A DNA stretch of 64,000 bases from Syntrophales bacterium (GCA_963668175.1 OY764159.1:3104001-3168000); one strand, 5' to 3'; positions 1-9,360 are shown, counted from the stretch's first letter. Notes: a model not told the origin generated them from the letters alone. A program made the numbers and translations.

Positions 1-722
1 TCACGTACAACGAGCATCACGGTTTTGCCACTGTTCACAATTACGGCTGCACGTTCCGCTGTCCCACTTGCAGCTATAAGCTTCGCAGCGGCCCCGACGG
101 AAAGCCCGGCCGGGCTCATCCCAGACCCGGCCTGTTTCTGCGGACAGCGGAAATCAAAGAAACCCTTCGTGCCCTGCCCATCAGGAACCTCTATTTCATG
201 GGCGGAGAACCCACGGTCGCGAAGGATTTGCCCGAACTGCTGCGCTTCGCCAAGGAAGACCTCGGAATCAGGACGAAACTTGGCCATACCAACGGCAACG
301 GCATCCCCCTCGCCCATCTGGACGGGGCTAACGTCGGTCTCAAGGCGTGGGACGAGGAACTTCACAAGACCCTGACCGGCCGGGCGAAGGACTTTATCTT
401 TGATAACGTGGCCGCTGCATACGAAACGGGAATCGAACTCAAGATCAACATCGTTTATATTCCGGGGCTTGTGGATATCGAAGAGATCGAGGGCGTCGCC
501 TCCTGGATAGCCTCCCTTGACCGCGACATACCCTTTCATATCATGGGTTATATCCCCGTTCCCGGACAGCCCTACGAGCAGCCGACAGCGGAACAGATGG
601 CGAAGGCCGAACTTCGCTCCGGTCTGTATCTCCGGGATGTCGGGAGTTCCAGGCTTTCGCCGGGACAGGCCCTCGACTTGCCGGACAGGGACAGCCGTTT
701 TGCCGTTACCCGGGTCTTATAA
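1..722 (+). CDS. Radical SAM protein (PFL-activase-like fold), 5'-truncated by the window edge
   Basis: The frame of ORF 198..722 is open back to position 3 and reads ...HNYGCTFRCPTCSYK (CxxxCxxC), then GGEPT and HTNG motifs. The true start lies upstream of the window. Confidence 0.85.
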   Translation, partial: TYNEHHGFATVHNYGCTFRCPTCSYKLRSGPDGKPGRAHPRPGLFLRTAEIKETLRALPIRNLYFMGGEPTVAKDLPELLRFAKEDLGIRTKLGHTNGNGIPLAHLDGANVGLKAWDEELHKTLTGRAKDFIFDNVAAAYETGIELKINIVYIPGLVDIEEIEGVASWIASLDRDIPFHIMGYIPVPGQPYEQPTAEQMAKAELRSGLYLRDVGSSRLSPGQALDLPDRDSRFAVTRVL

Positions 723-724
723 CC

Positions 725-815
725 CATGCCGAATATCTCGCCACACTCGGGGCGGACTATTACGGCATCGACGACCTGAAAGCCGATCATCTGACGGACA
801 TCGTCCGGGCCAGGA
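725..815 (+). pseudogene. Possible remnant of the C-terminus of a Mg/Co-chelatase D-subunit vWA domain
   Basis: Intergenic frame reads HAEYLATLGADYYGIDDLKADHLTDIVRAR with no start codon or RBS. It resembles ChlD/BchD vWA C-termini as recalled; not searched. Confidence 0.35.
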
Positions 816-891
816 TAACGGACGCCGACGCCATGCTGGTCTGGAGCGGAAGCGGCTCCGTTTGGTCTCTGTCGATAGAAGGAACGATGCC

Positions 892-1731
892 TCACCGGGA
901 GTAAACGTGCCCCGCCAGTTCCTCCATGCCGGCAACGACCCGGGGACCGACACGGTACAGGGACTCGCTGACCGGGTAGACCCTTCCCTTCTTGACGGCG
1001 TCCAGCATGGACAGCTTTTTCAGCATGCCCTGCGCGGAGCCGCTCGTCATATAGCCTGTCCCGATGAAGATGACGTCGGGGTCGAGGCGAATGACCTCCT
1101 CGATGGAGAATTTAGGATACTGGACGGATGACCTGCCCGCAACATTCCGCAGGCCGAGGAGGCCGAACGCCTCGTCGATCAACGTTCCCGGCCCGGCCAC
1201 GACCAGGGGCTCGGGGTGAATGACGAACAGGACTCTGGTCTTGCCTGTCCTTTTGGCCGCCCGGTTTTTGGATGTCTGCGCGAATTGTGCGACACCTTTC
1301 TCTATCGCCCCGGCCCGCCTTTCGGCGGTCTCGGCCACATCCAGCGCTCTCCCGAGGTCCCGCACGGCGGAAGGCAGCTCCGAGAGCCGCCGCGCCCCGA
1401 AGACATACGTCCTGATGCCGAGCTTGTTCAGTCTCTCCCGGATATGGCCGGGATTCTTCTCCTTCGTCATGATCACCAGGTCGGGATGGACGGCGACGAT
1501 GGCTTCAAGAGACGGGCTGTCGTAGCCGCCGATCCTGGGCTTGGTTCTGGCACGGGGCGGCTCGTCGCAGTATTCCGTCACACCGACGATACGACTTTCC
1601 ATTCCCAAATCGTAAAGGATTTCCGTAACGCTGGGCGCAAGGGAGACAATCCTCTCCGGCGGCGCGGCCGGGGAGGGAGAAGCAAGAAAAAGACCGATAA
1701 CGGCAAGGATAAGACCCTGGATGAATTTCAT
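892..1731 (-). CDS. btuF: Cobalamin ABC transporter periplasmic binding protein
   Basis: Signal peptide, RIVSLAPSVTEIL...VGVTEYCDEP, SLEAIVAVHPDLV, YRVGPR; lies next to a B12-riboswitch-controlled transporter. Confidence 0.88.
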   Translation of the reverse strand: MKFIQGLILAVIGLFLASPSPAAPPERIVSLAPSVTEILYDLGMESRIVGVTEYCDEPPRARTKPRIGGYDSPSLEAIVAVHPDLVIMTKEKNPGHIRERLNKLGIRTYVFGARRLSELPSAVRDLGRALDVAETAERRAGAIEKGVAQFAQTSKNRAAKRTGKTRVLFVIHPEPLVVAGPGTLIDEAFGLLGLRNVAGRSSVQYPKFSIEEVIRLDPDVIFIGTGYMTSGSAQGMLKKLSMLDAVKKGRVYPVSESLYRVGPRVVAGMEELAGHVYSR

Positions 1732-1842
1732 ATCGATTATGCCATGTTCTGCCTTGAGCTAGACGTTCGGGACGTCCCTGTCAAGCAAAAAGAATGAAAA
1801 AACGATTGACAGGCCGTCGAAATGCACATATGAAAGCGTCAG

Positions 1843-1985
1843 GATGGATGTGTGGAAGTAGGGTGAAACGCCCTCGCTGCCCCGCAGCCGTAACGGGAAC
1901 GAAAGCCCATGATGTCACTGCCGCGAGCCAATCGCGGTGGGAAGGCGGGCAAGTAGGCCGCCCGGAGCCGGAAGACCTGTCCATC
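1843..1985 (+). ncRNA. Cobalamin riboswitch upstream of btuC
   Basis: GGAAG-tagggtgaaacgccct-CGCTGCCCCGCAGCCGTAA...GTCACTG...GGGAAGGC...GAGCCGGAAGACCTGTCC (B12 box); closing helix gatgga(1843-1848)/tccatc(1980-1985). TTGACA at 1806-1811 lies upstream. Confidence 0.9.
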
Positions 1986-2010
1986 TATAAGTCCTCGAGG
2001 GAGGAAAAAG

Positions 2011-3063
2011 ATGGCACGTTTCATTTCTGGGAACTCATTTTTCCATTCAAGTGTCACCCCGAAGAAGGTATTCGGCCTAAGCGCCCTTTTCCTTCTGATC
2101 TTCATTATCGTGGCGTGCGTATCGCTCTTCGTCGGATCGAGCGGCGCCGGGATTTCCCTGCTCATCGACGCCTTCTCCGGCCGCTGGACGCACGCCTGCG
2201 AGAGCCTTGCCGATTCCGAAAAGACCATTCTGCTATCCATACGGCTGCCGCGCATCCTGTTTGCAGGGATCGTCGGCGGAGCCCTTTCCGTCGCCGGCGT
2301 CGTCTTTCAGGCCCTCCTGAGGAACCCCCTCGCCGATCCTTACATCCTCGGCGTCTACGGCGGCGCCGCAGCCGGGGCCGTCACGGGAATCATGCTGGGC
2401 GCCGGCCTGTGGCCCTTCGGCGTTCCGGGCCTGGCCTTTCTCGGGGCCGTCCTGACCATCGTCTTCCTCTTCGCCTTCGCGAACCGCGGCACGGCGATGC
2501 CTTCCCATACGCTTCTTCTGACCGGCGTCGTCACGAACGCCTTCTTTTCCGCCGTCGTCATGTTCCTCATTACAATCAGCAAAAGCACGGAAATACACGG
2601 CATCATGTTCTGGCTCATGGGAGACCTGAGCATCGCCGACACCGGGGACATCCTCTTCGCAGGGGCGCTTCTCGCCGCAGGCTTCGTTATCATCTATTGC
2701 TTCGCCCGCCCCCTCAACCTGATCGTCACGGGCGAAGAGACCGCCATGCAGCTTGGCGTCCCCGTGGAACGGACCAAAGCGGCCCTTCTCATCGTTTCGT
2801 CCCTCATGACGGCCGCCGCCGTCTCCGTGAGCGGCATCATCGGCTTCGTCGGCCTGATCATCCCGCACCTGATGCGGATGATCGTCGGTCCGGACCACCG
2901 GTTGTTGCTGCCGGCAGCGGTTCTCTTCGGCGCCGCTTTTCTCGTGGCCGCCGATACGATCGCCAGGACGGCGATGGCCCCGGCCGAACTGCCGGTGGGC
3001 GTCGTCACGGCGCTGTGCGGAGCGCCATACTTCATCTATCTCTTACGGAAAAAGGGGTTCTGA
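2011..3063 (+). CDS. btuC: Cobalamin/iron-chelate ABC transporter permease (FecCD family)
   Basis: IRLPRI, QALLRNPLADPYILG, GIIGFVGLIIPH, ELPVGVVTALCGAPYF; RBS GGAGG. Confidence 0.93.
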   Translation: MARFISGNSFFHSSVTPKKVFGLSALFLLIFIIVACVSLFVGSSGAGISLLIDAFSGRWTHACESLADSEKTILLSIRLPRILFAGIVGGALSVAGVVFQALLRNPLADPYILGVYGGAAAGAVTGIMLGAGLWPFGVPGLAFLGAVLTIVFLFAFANRGTAMPSHTLLLTGVVTNAFFSAVVMFLITISKSTEIHGIMFWLMGDLSIADTGDILFAGALLAAGFVIIYCFARPLNLIVTGEETAMQLGVPVERTKAALLIVSSLMTAAAVSVSGIIGFVGLIIPHLMRMIVGPDHRLLLPAAVLFGAAFLVAADTIARTAMAPAELPVGVVTALCGAPYFIYLLRKKGF

Positions 3064-3065
3064 CG

Positions 3066-3896
3066 ATGGCCGTGCTCACCGTGGAAAACGTCTCTTTCCG
3101 ATACCGAAACGACTGGGTCCTCCATGACGTCTCTTTTACCGTCAATCCCGGGGAATTCATCGGCGTCCTGGGTCCCAACGGATCGGGCAAGACCACGCTG
3201 CTCAAGGTCATGGACGGCCTCCTCGAACCGCAGGAAGGTACGGTCATGATCGACGGGCGGCCGATCCGCAAAATGAGCCGGAACGAAGCGGCCCGAATCA
3301 TCGCCGTGGTGCCCCAGGACGCTGAGACGGTTTTTTCCTTCACGGTGGAGGAATTGGTTCTCATGGGCCGGTCGCCCCACCTGGGCATGATGAGCTTCGA
3401 GGGCAGCCGGGATTACCGCGTTGTCGCGCAGGCCCTGGAACTGACGGGTCTTTCCGGACTCGCCGGCCGCCGCCTCAATGCCCTGAGCGGCGGAGAACGC
3501 CAGCGGGTTCTGATCGCCAGAGCCCTGGCGCAGGAGCCCAAGATCCTTCTCCTCGACGAACCGACGGCCTTCCTGGACATCCGCCATCAGGTCGAGATCC
3601 TCGACCTGGCCGGAAACCTGAATAGGACGTCCGGCGTGTCCGTCGTCGCCATTACACACGACATCAATCTGGCGGCCTCCTACTGCAGCCGGATCGCCAT
3701 GCTGAAAGAGGGTTCCGTCCATTGCCTGGGGGCCCCCGAGGTCGTCATCACCGAGGAGCATATCCGCAGCGTTTACGGCATAGACGTTATCGTCGACAAA
3801 CACCCGGTGGCCGCGAGTCCGCGGGTCACCACGATTCGCTCATATCCTTCGGAGCAAGGAAGCCGGTTTGAGTCCGGCGCTGCCCCGCAACTGTAA
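3066..3896 (+). CDS. btuD: Cobalamin ABC transporter ATP-binding subunit
   Basis: C-terminal part of the 1794..3896 ORF; ATG at 3066 just after the btuC stop. Walker A GPNGSGKT, LSGGERQ, LLLDEPT, THD. Confidence 0.92.
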   Translation: MAVLTVENVSFRYRNDWVLHDVSFTVNPGEFIGVLGPNGSGKTTLLKVMDGLLEPQEGTVMIDGRPIRKMSRNEAARIIAVVPQDAETVFSFTVEELVLMGRSPHLGMMSFEGSRDYRVVAQALELTGLSGLAGRRLNALSGGERQRVLIARALAQEPKILLLDEPTAFLDIRHQVEILDLAGNLNRTSGVSVVAITHDINLAASYCSRIAMLKEGSVHCLGAPEVVITEEHIRSVYGIDVIVDKHPVAASPRVTTIRSYPSEQGSRFESGAAPQL

Positions 3897-3996
3897 GCGG
3901 AACGAAATCCGCAACGGCCACTGGCCGCCGCCAAGGCGGCCGGGAAGGCGCGGAGAGTAGGCGAAAAGCCGCGAGCCAGGAAACTTGTCCGGAGGA
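3845..3996 (+). ncRNA. Cobalamin riboswitch upstream of btuB, overlapping the btuD 3' end
   Basis: GGAAG-ccggtttgagtccgg-CGCTGCCCCGCAACTGTAA...GCCACTG...GGGAAGGC...GAGCCAGGAAACTTGTCC; 9-bp closing helix tccttcgga(3845-3853)/tccggagga(3988-3996). Confidence 0.92.
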
Positions 3997-4036
3997 AAAA
4001 ATAACTTATTTCCCGCGGGGGAAAGGAGAAAAACCT

Positions 4037-6130
4037 ATGAAGAAGAAAGCAGTAAGTTGTCTGGCCGTCGTCGTTGTATTCATGACGGCCGCCACCGGAA
4101 AAGGACTGGCCGCCGCCAACGACAAACAGGAAGAACCTGTGAGACTCGAGGAGATCGTCGTCACGGCGACCAAAACGGCGGAAAAGCGCAGCGATGTACC
4201 CAACGCCGTCGTCATCAAGGACAGGGAAGACATCCGCACTTCGGGGGCGAAATCCATCGGGGAATTGCTGGCCAATGAACCAGGCATCGACTGGCAGTCC
4301 TACGGCAATTACGGGGGAGCGCCGCAGGAAATCCATATCCGCGGCATGCAGGGCAAGGCGACGCAGGTCTTCGTGAACGGCGTCAACGTCAATTCGCCGT
4401 CTTTAGGTACGGCGGACGTGGGCAAATTCTCCATGGACAACATCGAGCGGATCGAGGTCGTGAAGGGATCGGGTTCCCTCCTTTACGGCTCCGGCGCCAT
4501 GGGCGGCACCGTCAACATCATGACCAGGCGGCCCAGCAGGGACAAGATGGACTTACGGGTGGAAACGGGCTACGGCTCGCAGAATACTTACCGCGTATCG
4601 GCCGAGCAGGGCATGTTCGTCGTGGGCGATCTCGGCTACTACATTACCGGCGGCCGCCGGGAAACGGACGGTTACCGAGATAACAGCTTTCTGCGGCAGA
4701 ACGACGCCTCGCTCAGGGTGGTCCTCGAGAAAGGAGAAAAACTGGACGTCAGCCTCTACGGCAGCCTGATCGACCGCTCCTACGGGATGCCCGGCGTCAA
4801 GCCGCCCGCCGGCACGCGGGACTATTATCGCGGAGCCGTCAGGTTCTATGACAGCGACTCGGCAACGCTCCTGAACCACAGCGAAGACAAGGACGGACAG
4901 GCCGTCGCCGAGATCAAGGGCAGGCCGGTGTCATGGCTCGGCTACGATCTCAAGGGCTACAACACCAAAATGACCAACTACAACTACGAACGCTATGCCT
5001 CCGACGGGACGGGGGCCGAGAACTGGGTGACCAACCGGGTCCTGGGAACGGACGGCCATCTGGAGATCCGTCCCTTCGAGGGCGCCGGTCTCCTTCTCGG
5101 CGGGGAATATAAGGATTTCTCCTGGAAAAACGAAGCTATCAGCCTGAACAGCAGCGGCGAACCCAAAACCGGCATCAAGACCGAAACCGAGGCCCATCTG
5201 TTCAGCAGCGGGACATTCGGAGAAATTCAGTACAGGCCGTTTAAATATGTCAAGGGGCTCGTCGGCCTGCGCCACGAAGACCATTCGGCCTTCGGCTCGG
5301 AGAACCTGCCGCTCTTCGGCCTCGTCGTCAACCCGCTTCCCACGACGGCCCTGAAGTTCAATCACGGCAAGCATTTCGAGGCTCCCACGCCGAACGACCT
5401 CTACTGGCCGGCCGACCCCTATACCAAGGGCAACGCCAACCTGAAACCGGAGATCGGGTGGCACACGGATGTCACGGCGGAGCAATCGTTCATGGACAAC
5501 AAGGTGTTCCTGACGGCGTCGTACTTCCACTGGAACGTGGACAATAAAATCCAGTGGGAACCGGATTCCAACGCAGTCTGGAGCCCGATCAACCTGGCCG
5601 GCTACAAGGCGGACGGGATCGAGGCGGGGATGAAGACCGGGCCTTTCTACAATCTGACGCTCTCCCTGGCCTTCACGTACCTGAAAGCGGAAGAGGAGAA
5701 CCGTCAATATACCCGTCAGGATTACGGCCCGCCGGCGGATTTCCGGTACACCATGGTCACGCGGAAGGCGACCATGACGCCCGAACGCCTGTTCAAGGGG
5801 GACCTGACCTACAAGAGCGACTTCGGGCTGACCGCGTCGGCGACGGTAAGGTTCACCGGCGACCGCGTCATGTATAATACGGTTAGCACGGCCTACCCCG
5901 ACACGAGGACCGTCCTGTATACCCTCGATTCTTACTGGACGGTGGATATGAAGGTCCAGCAGCGCCTTTACAAGCACTGGATTCTCTCGCTCTCCGGAAG
6001 CAACCTCCTGGACGCGGCCTACGACACGCACCTGACGACCTTCACCGACCAGATCACCTCCAGGTCGACCATGAGCGGATATCCGGGCGCGGGGAGAACC
6101 GTTTTTTGCAGCATCGCCTATGAATATTAG
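4037..6130 (+). CDS. btuB: TonB-dependent outer membrane receptor, corrinoid uptake
   Basis: Signal peptide, TonB box EEIVVTAT, plug motif IERIEVVKGSGSLLYGSGAMGGTVNI, NLKPE, C-terminal GRTV...YEY; directly downstream of a B12 riboswitch. Confidence 0.9.
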   Translation: MKKKAVSCLAVVVVFMTAATGKGLAAANDKQEEPVRLEEIVVTATKTAEKRSDVPNAVVIKDREDIRTSGAKSIGELLANEPGIDWQSYGNYGGAPQEIHIRGMQGKATQVFVNGVNVNSPSLGTADVGKFSMDNIERIEVVKGSGSLLYGSGAMGGTVNIMTRRPSRDKMDLRVETGYGSQNTYRVSAEQGMFVVGDLGYYITGGRRETDGYRDNSFLRQNDASLRVVLEKGEKLDVSLYGSLIDRSYGMPGVKPPAGTRDYYRGAVRFYDSDSATLLNHSEDKDGQAVAEIKGRPVSWLGYDLKGYNTKMTNYNYERYASDGTGAENWVTNRVLGTDGHLEIRPFEGAGLLLGGEYKDFSWKNEAISLNSSGEPKTGIKTETEAHLFSSGTFGEIQYRPFKYVKGLVGLRHEDHSAFGSENLPLFGLVVNPLPTTALKFNHGKHFEAPTPNDLYWPADPYTKGNANLKPEIGWHTDVTAEQSFMDNKVFLTASYFHWNVDNKIQWEPDSNAVWSPINLAGYKADGIEAGMKTGPFYNLTLSLAFTYLKAEEENRQYTRQDYGPPADFRYTMVTRKATMTPERLFKGDLTYKSDFGLTASATVRFTGDRVMYNTVSTAYPDTRTVLYTLDSYWTVDMKVQQRLYKHWILSLSGSNLLDAAYDTHLTTFTDQITSRSTMSGYPGAGRTVFCSIAYEY

Positions 6131-6180
6131 ACAACGCTTCATGATAAGCGGGCATGAGTCAATGTTTTAAGGAACTGTTC

Positions 6181-7029
6181 ATGACGAAACGATTTATCGC
6201 CTCCGTACTGATTTTCATAATGTCCCTTCCGGTTTTCGGCCGGGCGGAAAATATCCCCCTGGCCGAGAACCTCGGAGCGGAGGCCTTTATCGTCCGCGGC
6301 GTCAAAGACGGCTTATGGGAAAAGACCCTCTTCGTCCGCTTCGGCGAAGCGCGAAGGACCCTGTCGACTTACAGCGGTTTCATCGATGCGGCGGCGGTGA
6401 TCAACCACGCCGCCCATCCTTCCATATGGATCAAGGTGGGCACGGAGATGAAATCCGGCGGGGAAGACGGCGGCAAGGTCTATTTACGGACCGTCAAAAA
6501 GGCCGCCGCCGCGAGATTGGGAACGTCCGCCGACAGGATTGCGGAGATAGGTACCGCCGCCGACATGGACAATCTCGCTGTCGCCGTCAGGACGTTCGGC
6601 CCCATCACGGTCGGCGTCCTGGCGACGGCGGGGGCGAAAACCAATGCCCTCCGTGCCGGCGTCGACGAGGGGACCTTCGTGGAAGGGACCGAACCGGAAG
6701 GCACCGTCAATATCATCGTCCTCACGAACGCCAGGCTTACCGACGGCGCGATGGCGAGGGCCATCGTGACCGTCACCGAAGCCAAGACCGCCGCCTTCGA
6801 GGACCTGCGCGTCCCCAGCAGTTACACGAAAGGCGTACAGGCCACGGGAACGGGCACGGACAGCGTGATCGTCGTATCAGGAAAAACGGGGCCGGCGGTA
6901 ACGTATACGGGGGGACACAGCCGCATCGGCGAATGGATGGCCAAGGCGGTTTACGCGGCCGTAGTCGAGGCCCTGGAGAAGCAGAACGGATTCAGGAGGA
7001 GGCCGGCGCAAACCGCCGGGCAGCCGTGA
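6181..7029 (+). CDS. cbiZ: Adenosylcobinamide amidohydrolase with an apparent N-terminal signal peptide
   Basis: GTAADMDN, ATAGAKTNA, GTVNII, TVTEAKTAA, ATGTGTDS, YTGGHS motifs. Start chosen at MTKRF (alternative 6154). Confidence 0.88.
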   Translation: MTKRFIASVLIFIMSLPVFGRAENIPLAENLGAEAFIVRGVKDGLWEKTLFVRFGEARRTLSTYSGFIDAAAVINHAAHPSIWIKVGTEMKSGGEDGGKVYLRTVKKAAAARLGTSADRIAEIGTAADMDNLAVAVRTFGPITVGVLATAGAKTNALRAGVDEGTFVEGTEPEGTVNIIVLTNARLTDGAMARAIVTVTEAKTAAFEDLRVPSSYTKGVQATGTGTDSVIVVSGKTGPAVTYTGGHSRIGEWMAKAVYAAVVEALEKQNGFRRRPAQTAGQP

Positions 7030-7093
7030 TCCGTGCGGCCCGGCAACGCCATGCCGTTAAACGGCATTCCGGCGGGTCGGCCCGCCGCAGGGG

Positions 7094-7858
7094 GTGAAGA
7101 CCATGTATCTATGGCACAAAGAGGGATCGGGTATTCGTCGTGAAGTGACCGCGGCGGCAGCGCTCTCCGTCCTGGCCCATCTCGGGGCGGCCGTCCTGCT
7201 TTACGCCGCCGGGCCCCTATCCGGTTTATCCCTGATCGACAGCGACCCCAGGGTCATTCATGTGACCTGGGTGCATCCAGCCGATACGCCCATCCGCGAA
7301 GCCTCCCCTGTCCGGATCACGGAAAGACGCAGCGATCCACAGACGGCCCGCCTCCATCATCCCCCGAAGATACGGAAGATACAGGAACCGCAGCCCCAAT
7401 CCCCGGTCCGCCAAGAGACGGCGGAGGAGCCGCCTCGGCGTGCCGACACGGGGGTTACGGCCCACTTTACCGCGCCGGCTCCGCCGGCCGGGATACCGGG
7501 GCAGGCGAACAAGCAGGTTGCGGCGCTGTCGCACGGACCGAAGACGGACGGATCGTCCACCCCGGACCAAGCGGCCGTCGCCGCGAAACCGCGCTACGGC
7601 GAAAACGCCCGTCCGTACTATCCGTTGAGCGCCCGCTTGAGGGGGCACGAGGGCGTGGTCGTCATCTCGGCGGAAGTTCTCGCCGAGGGACGGGTGGGCG
7701 CCATGAAGATCAAGGCAAGCTCGGGTCATGACAGCCTCGATCAATCGGCGCTGGAGGCCGTGAAGCAATGGAAATTTGAACCTGGCAAGAGAATGGGGCG
7801 CCCTGTCGCCATGTGGGTGGACATACCCGTCCGATACGTCCTTGCCGGCAGGGATTAA
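7094..7858 (+). CDS. tonB: Energy transducer TonB
   Basis: N-terminal TM with SVLAH, Pro-rich linker, C-terminal YPLSARLRGHEG...SSGHDSLDQSALEAVKQWKFEP. Start is GTG 7094 or ATG 7103. Confidence 0.9.
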   Translation: MKTMYLWHKEGSGIRREVTAAAALSVLAHLGAAVLLYAAGPLSGLSLIDSDPRVIHVTWVHPADTPIREASPVRITERRSDPQTARLHHPPKIRKIQEPQPQSPVRQETAEEPPRRADTGVTAHFTAPAPPAGIPGQANKQVAALSHGPKTDGSSTPDQAAVAAKPRYGENARPYYPLSARLRGHEGVVVISAEVLAEGRVGAMKIKASSGHDSLDQSALEAVKQWKFEPGKRMGRPVAMWVDIPVRYVLAGRD

Positions 7859-7967
7859 CCTTCCGGCGATATATCTGCGGAACATCGGACCGCTTTCAAT
7901 CCCCGCTCTGCGAACCCGCCGGGAAGGATGCACCGGCCCCTGCCGCAGATCATGTGATACCCCCTTA

Positions 7968-8067
7968 CCCTCCTGATATGCTCAATCCTTGAAATACCTA
8001 CCCTTGAATGTGTCCAAGGCCCAAACCTTGATATGCCTAAACTTTAATATGCCTAAACCTTGATATG
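7968..8067. repeat. Short tandem array of ~16-bp units at the dinB 3' end
   Basis: aaaccttgatatgcct (8023-8038), aaactttaatatgcct (8039-8054), aaaccttgatatg (8055-8067), plus decayed copies at 7968-8015. Confidence 0.75.
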
Positions 8068-9360
8068 AAGGATCGGGAGCCCCAGGTGCCGTCTTTTGGT
8101 CTCGCCCGGCAGCAGCGTCTTTTCCCGCGCCGTGGGCTCGCCCCGCCTCCCCTTTCCCCGGACCTCGATGAGGTGCGAGGCGCCGAGATGGACGACGTGC
8201 TTGCCGAATTTCCGGCTCAGGGTATCCATGGCCGCGTAGGCGTCCTGGACCTTTTCGGCATGGAGGGGGTCCTCGAAGAGGGAATACTGGACGGTCGCGT
8301 CGGGGCAGAGGCCGAACAGAACGACGCCCGTCGACCGGTAGAGCTGGTCCGGCCGGAAGAGGTCCCGAAACAGTTCCCGAAGCAGCTCGGCCATCTCCAG
8401 GGGGCAGTTGGACGGGCGGTTGAGGCGCATCTCTGCGGCGGCCCCGCTGAAATTCTGCAGCCGCAGATAGGCCACGACCCCCTTCGCCGCAAGTTTGTAG
8501 CGCCTGGCCTTGATGCACGCCGATTCCAGATTCCTGAGAAGGTGGGCATAGAGATAGGCCTCGTCGGACGTCGGCGGGGCAAAGGTCTTCGTCTTGCTGA
8601 TGGTGGCGTAGGTCGTCTTCTCCTCCGGCGAGACGCGAAGGACCGACTCCCCCCGGAGCTCCCGCCAGATTTCCCGCCCCGGTTTCGTGAGGCGCTTATT
8701 GACCCGCTCTTCCGGCCACCGGGCGAAATCGAGGGCCGTCCGCACGCCCAGCTTGTTGAGGTAGCTCGTCGTCGCCGGGCCGATCCCCCAGACTTTGCCG
8801 ACGGGGATGTCGTTGAGATAGCGGGCGATCTCCCGACCACGGATGACGGTGAAACCCGCCGGCTTCCGCCACTTGGAGGCGAGCTTCGCCAGGACCTTGG
8901 TTAAGCTCAGGCCCACCGAGACGGTGATGCCCAACTCCCGCTCCACCGCCGCCTGCATCCGGCGGGCGATGGTCTCGTAGGAGGCGCGGAGGGCCCGGCG
9001 CATCCCCGTCAGGTTGCAAAAGGCCTCGTCGACGGAATACTCCTCCACGTCGGGCGTGAAGCGCCGCAGGATGGCGAAGAGACGCCGGGAAAAGAGGCTG
9101 TAGGTCTCGTAATCGGAGGGCAGGATGACAAGCTCCGGGCAGAGGCGCTTCGCCTCCCGCAGGGTGATGCCCCGCTTCACTCCCATCGCCTTCGCCGGGT
9201 AGCTGGCGCAGGCGATGATGCCTCGCTCGGCCCCGGTGACGATGGGCTTCCCCCGCAGATCCGGATGGATCACCTCCTCGCAGGACGTGAAGAAGGCGTC
9301 GGCGTCGATGTGGACGACGGCCGTCTGCAGGGAGGAGATGGTGAAAAACAGCTCGTTCAT
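8053..9360 (-). CDS. dinB: Y-family DNA polymerase IV
   Basis: HIDADAFF, ACASYPAKAMGV, YSVDEAF, KVLAKLAS, VWGIG; RBS AAGGAG. Confidence 0.93.
   Translation of the reverse strand: MNELFFTISSLQTAVVHIDADAFFTSCEEVIHPDLRGKPIVTGAERGIIACASYPAKAMGVKRGITLREAKRLCPELVILPSDYETYSLFSRRLFAILRRFTPDVEEYSVDEAFCNLTGMRRALRASYETIARRMQAAVERELGITVSVGLSLTKVLAKLASKWRKPAGFTVIRGREIARYLNDIPVGKVWGIGPATTSYLNKLGVRTALDFARWPEERVNKRLTKPGREIWRELRGESVLRVSPEEKTTYATISKTKTFAPPTSDEAYLYAHLLRNLESACIKARRYKLAAKGVVAYLRLQNFSGAAAEMRLNRPSNCPLEMAELLRELFRDLFRPDQLYRSTGVVLFGLCPDATVQYSLFEDPLHAEKVQDAYAAMDTLSRKFGKHVVHLGASHLIEVRGKGRRGEPTAREKTLLPGETKRRHLGLPILHIKV

Noticed and set aside
1794..3065. N-terminal 424 aa of the 700-aa ORF 1794..3896
   Set aside because: Arg-rich shadow frame over the riboswitch and btuC; the real ATPase starts at 3066.
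7968..8067. Possible CRISPR array
   Set aside because: Units are 16 bp and contiguous with no spacers; no cas genes in the window.
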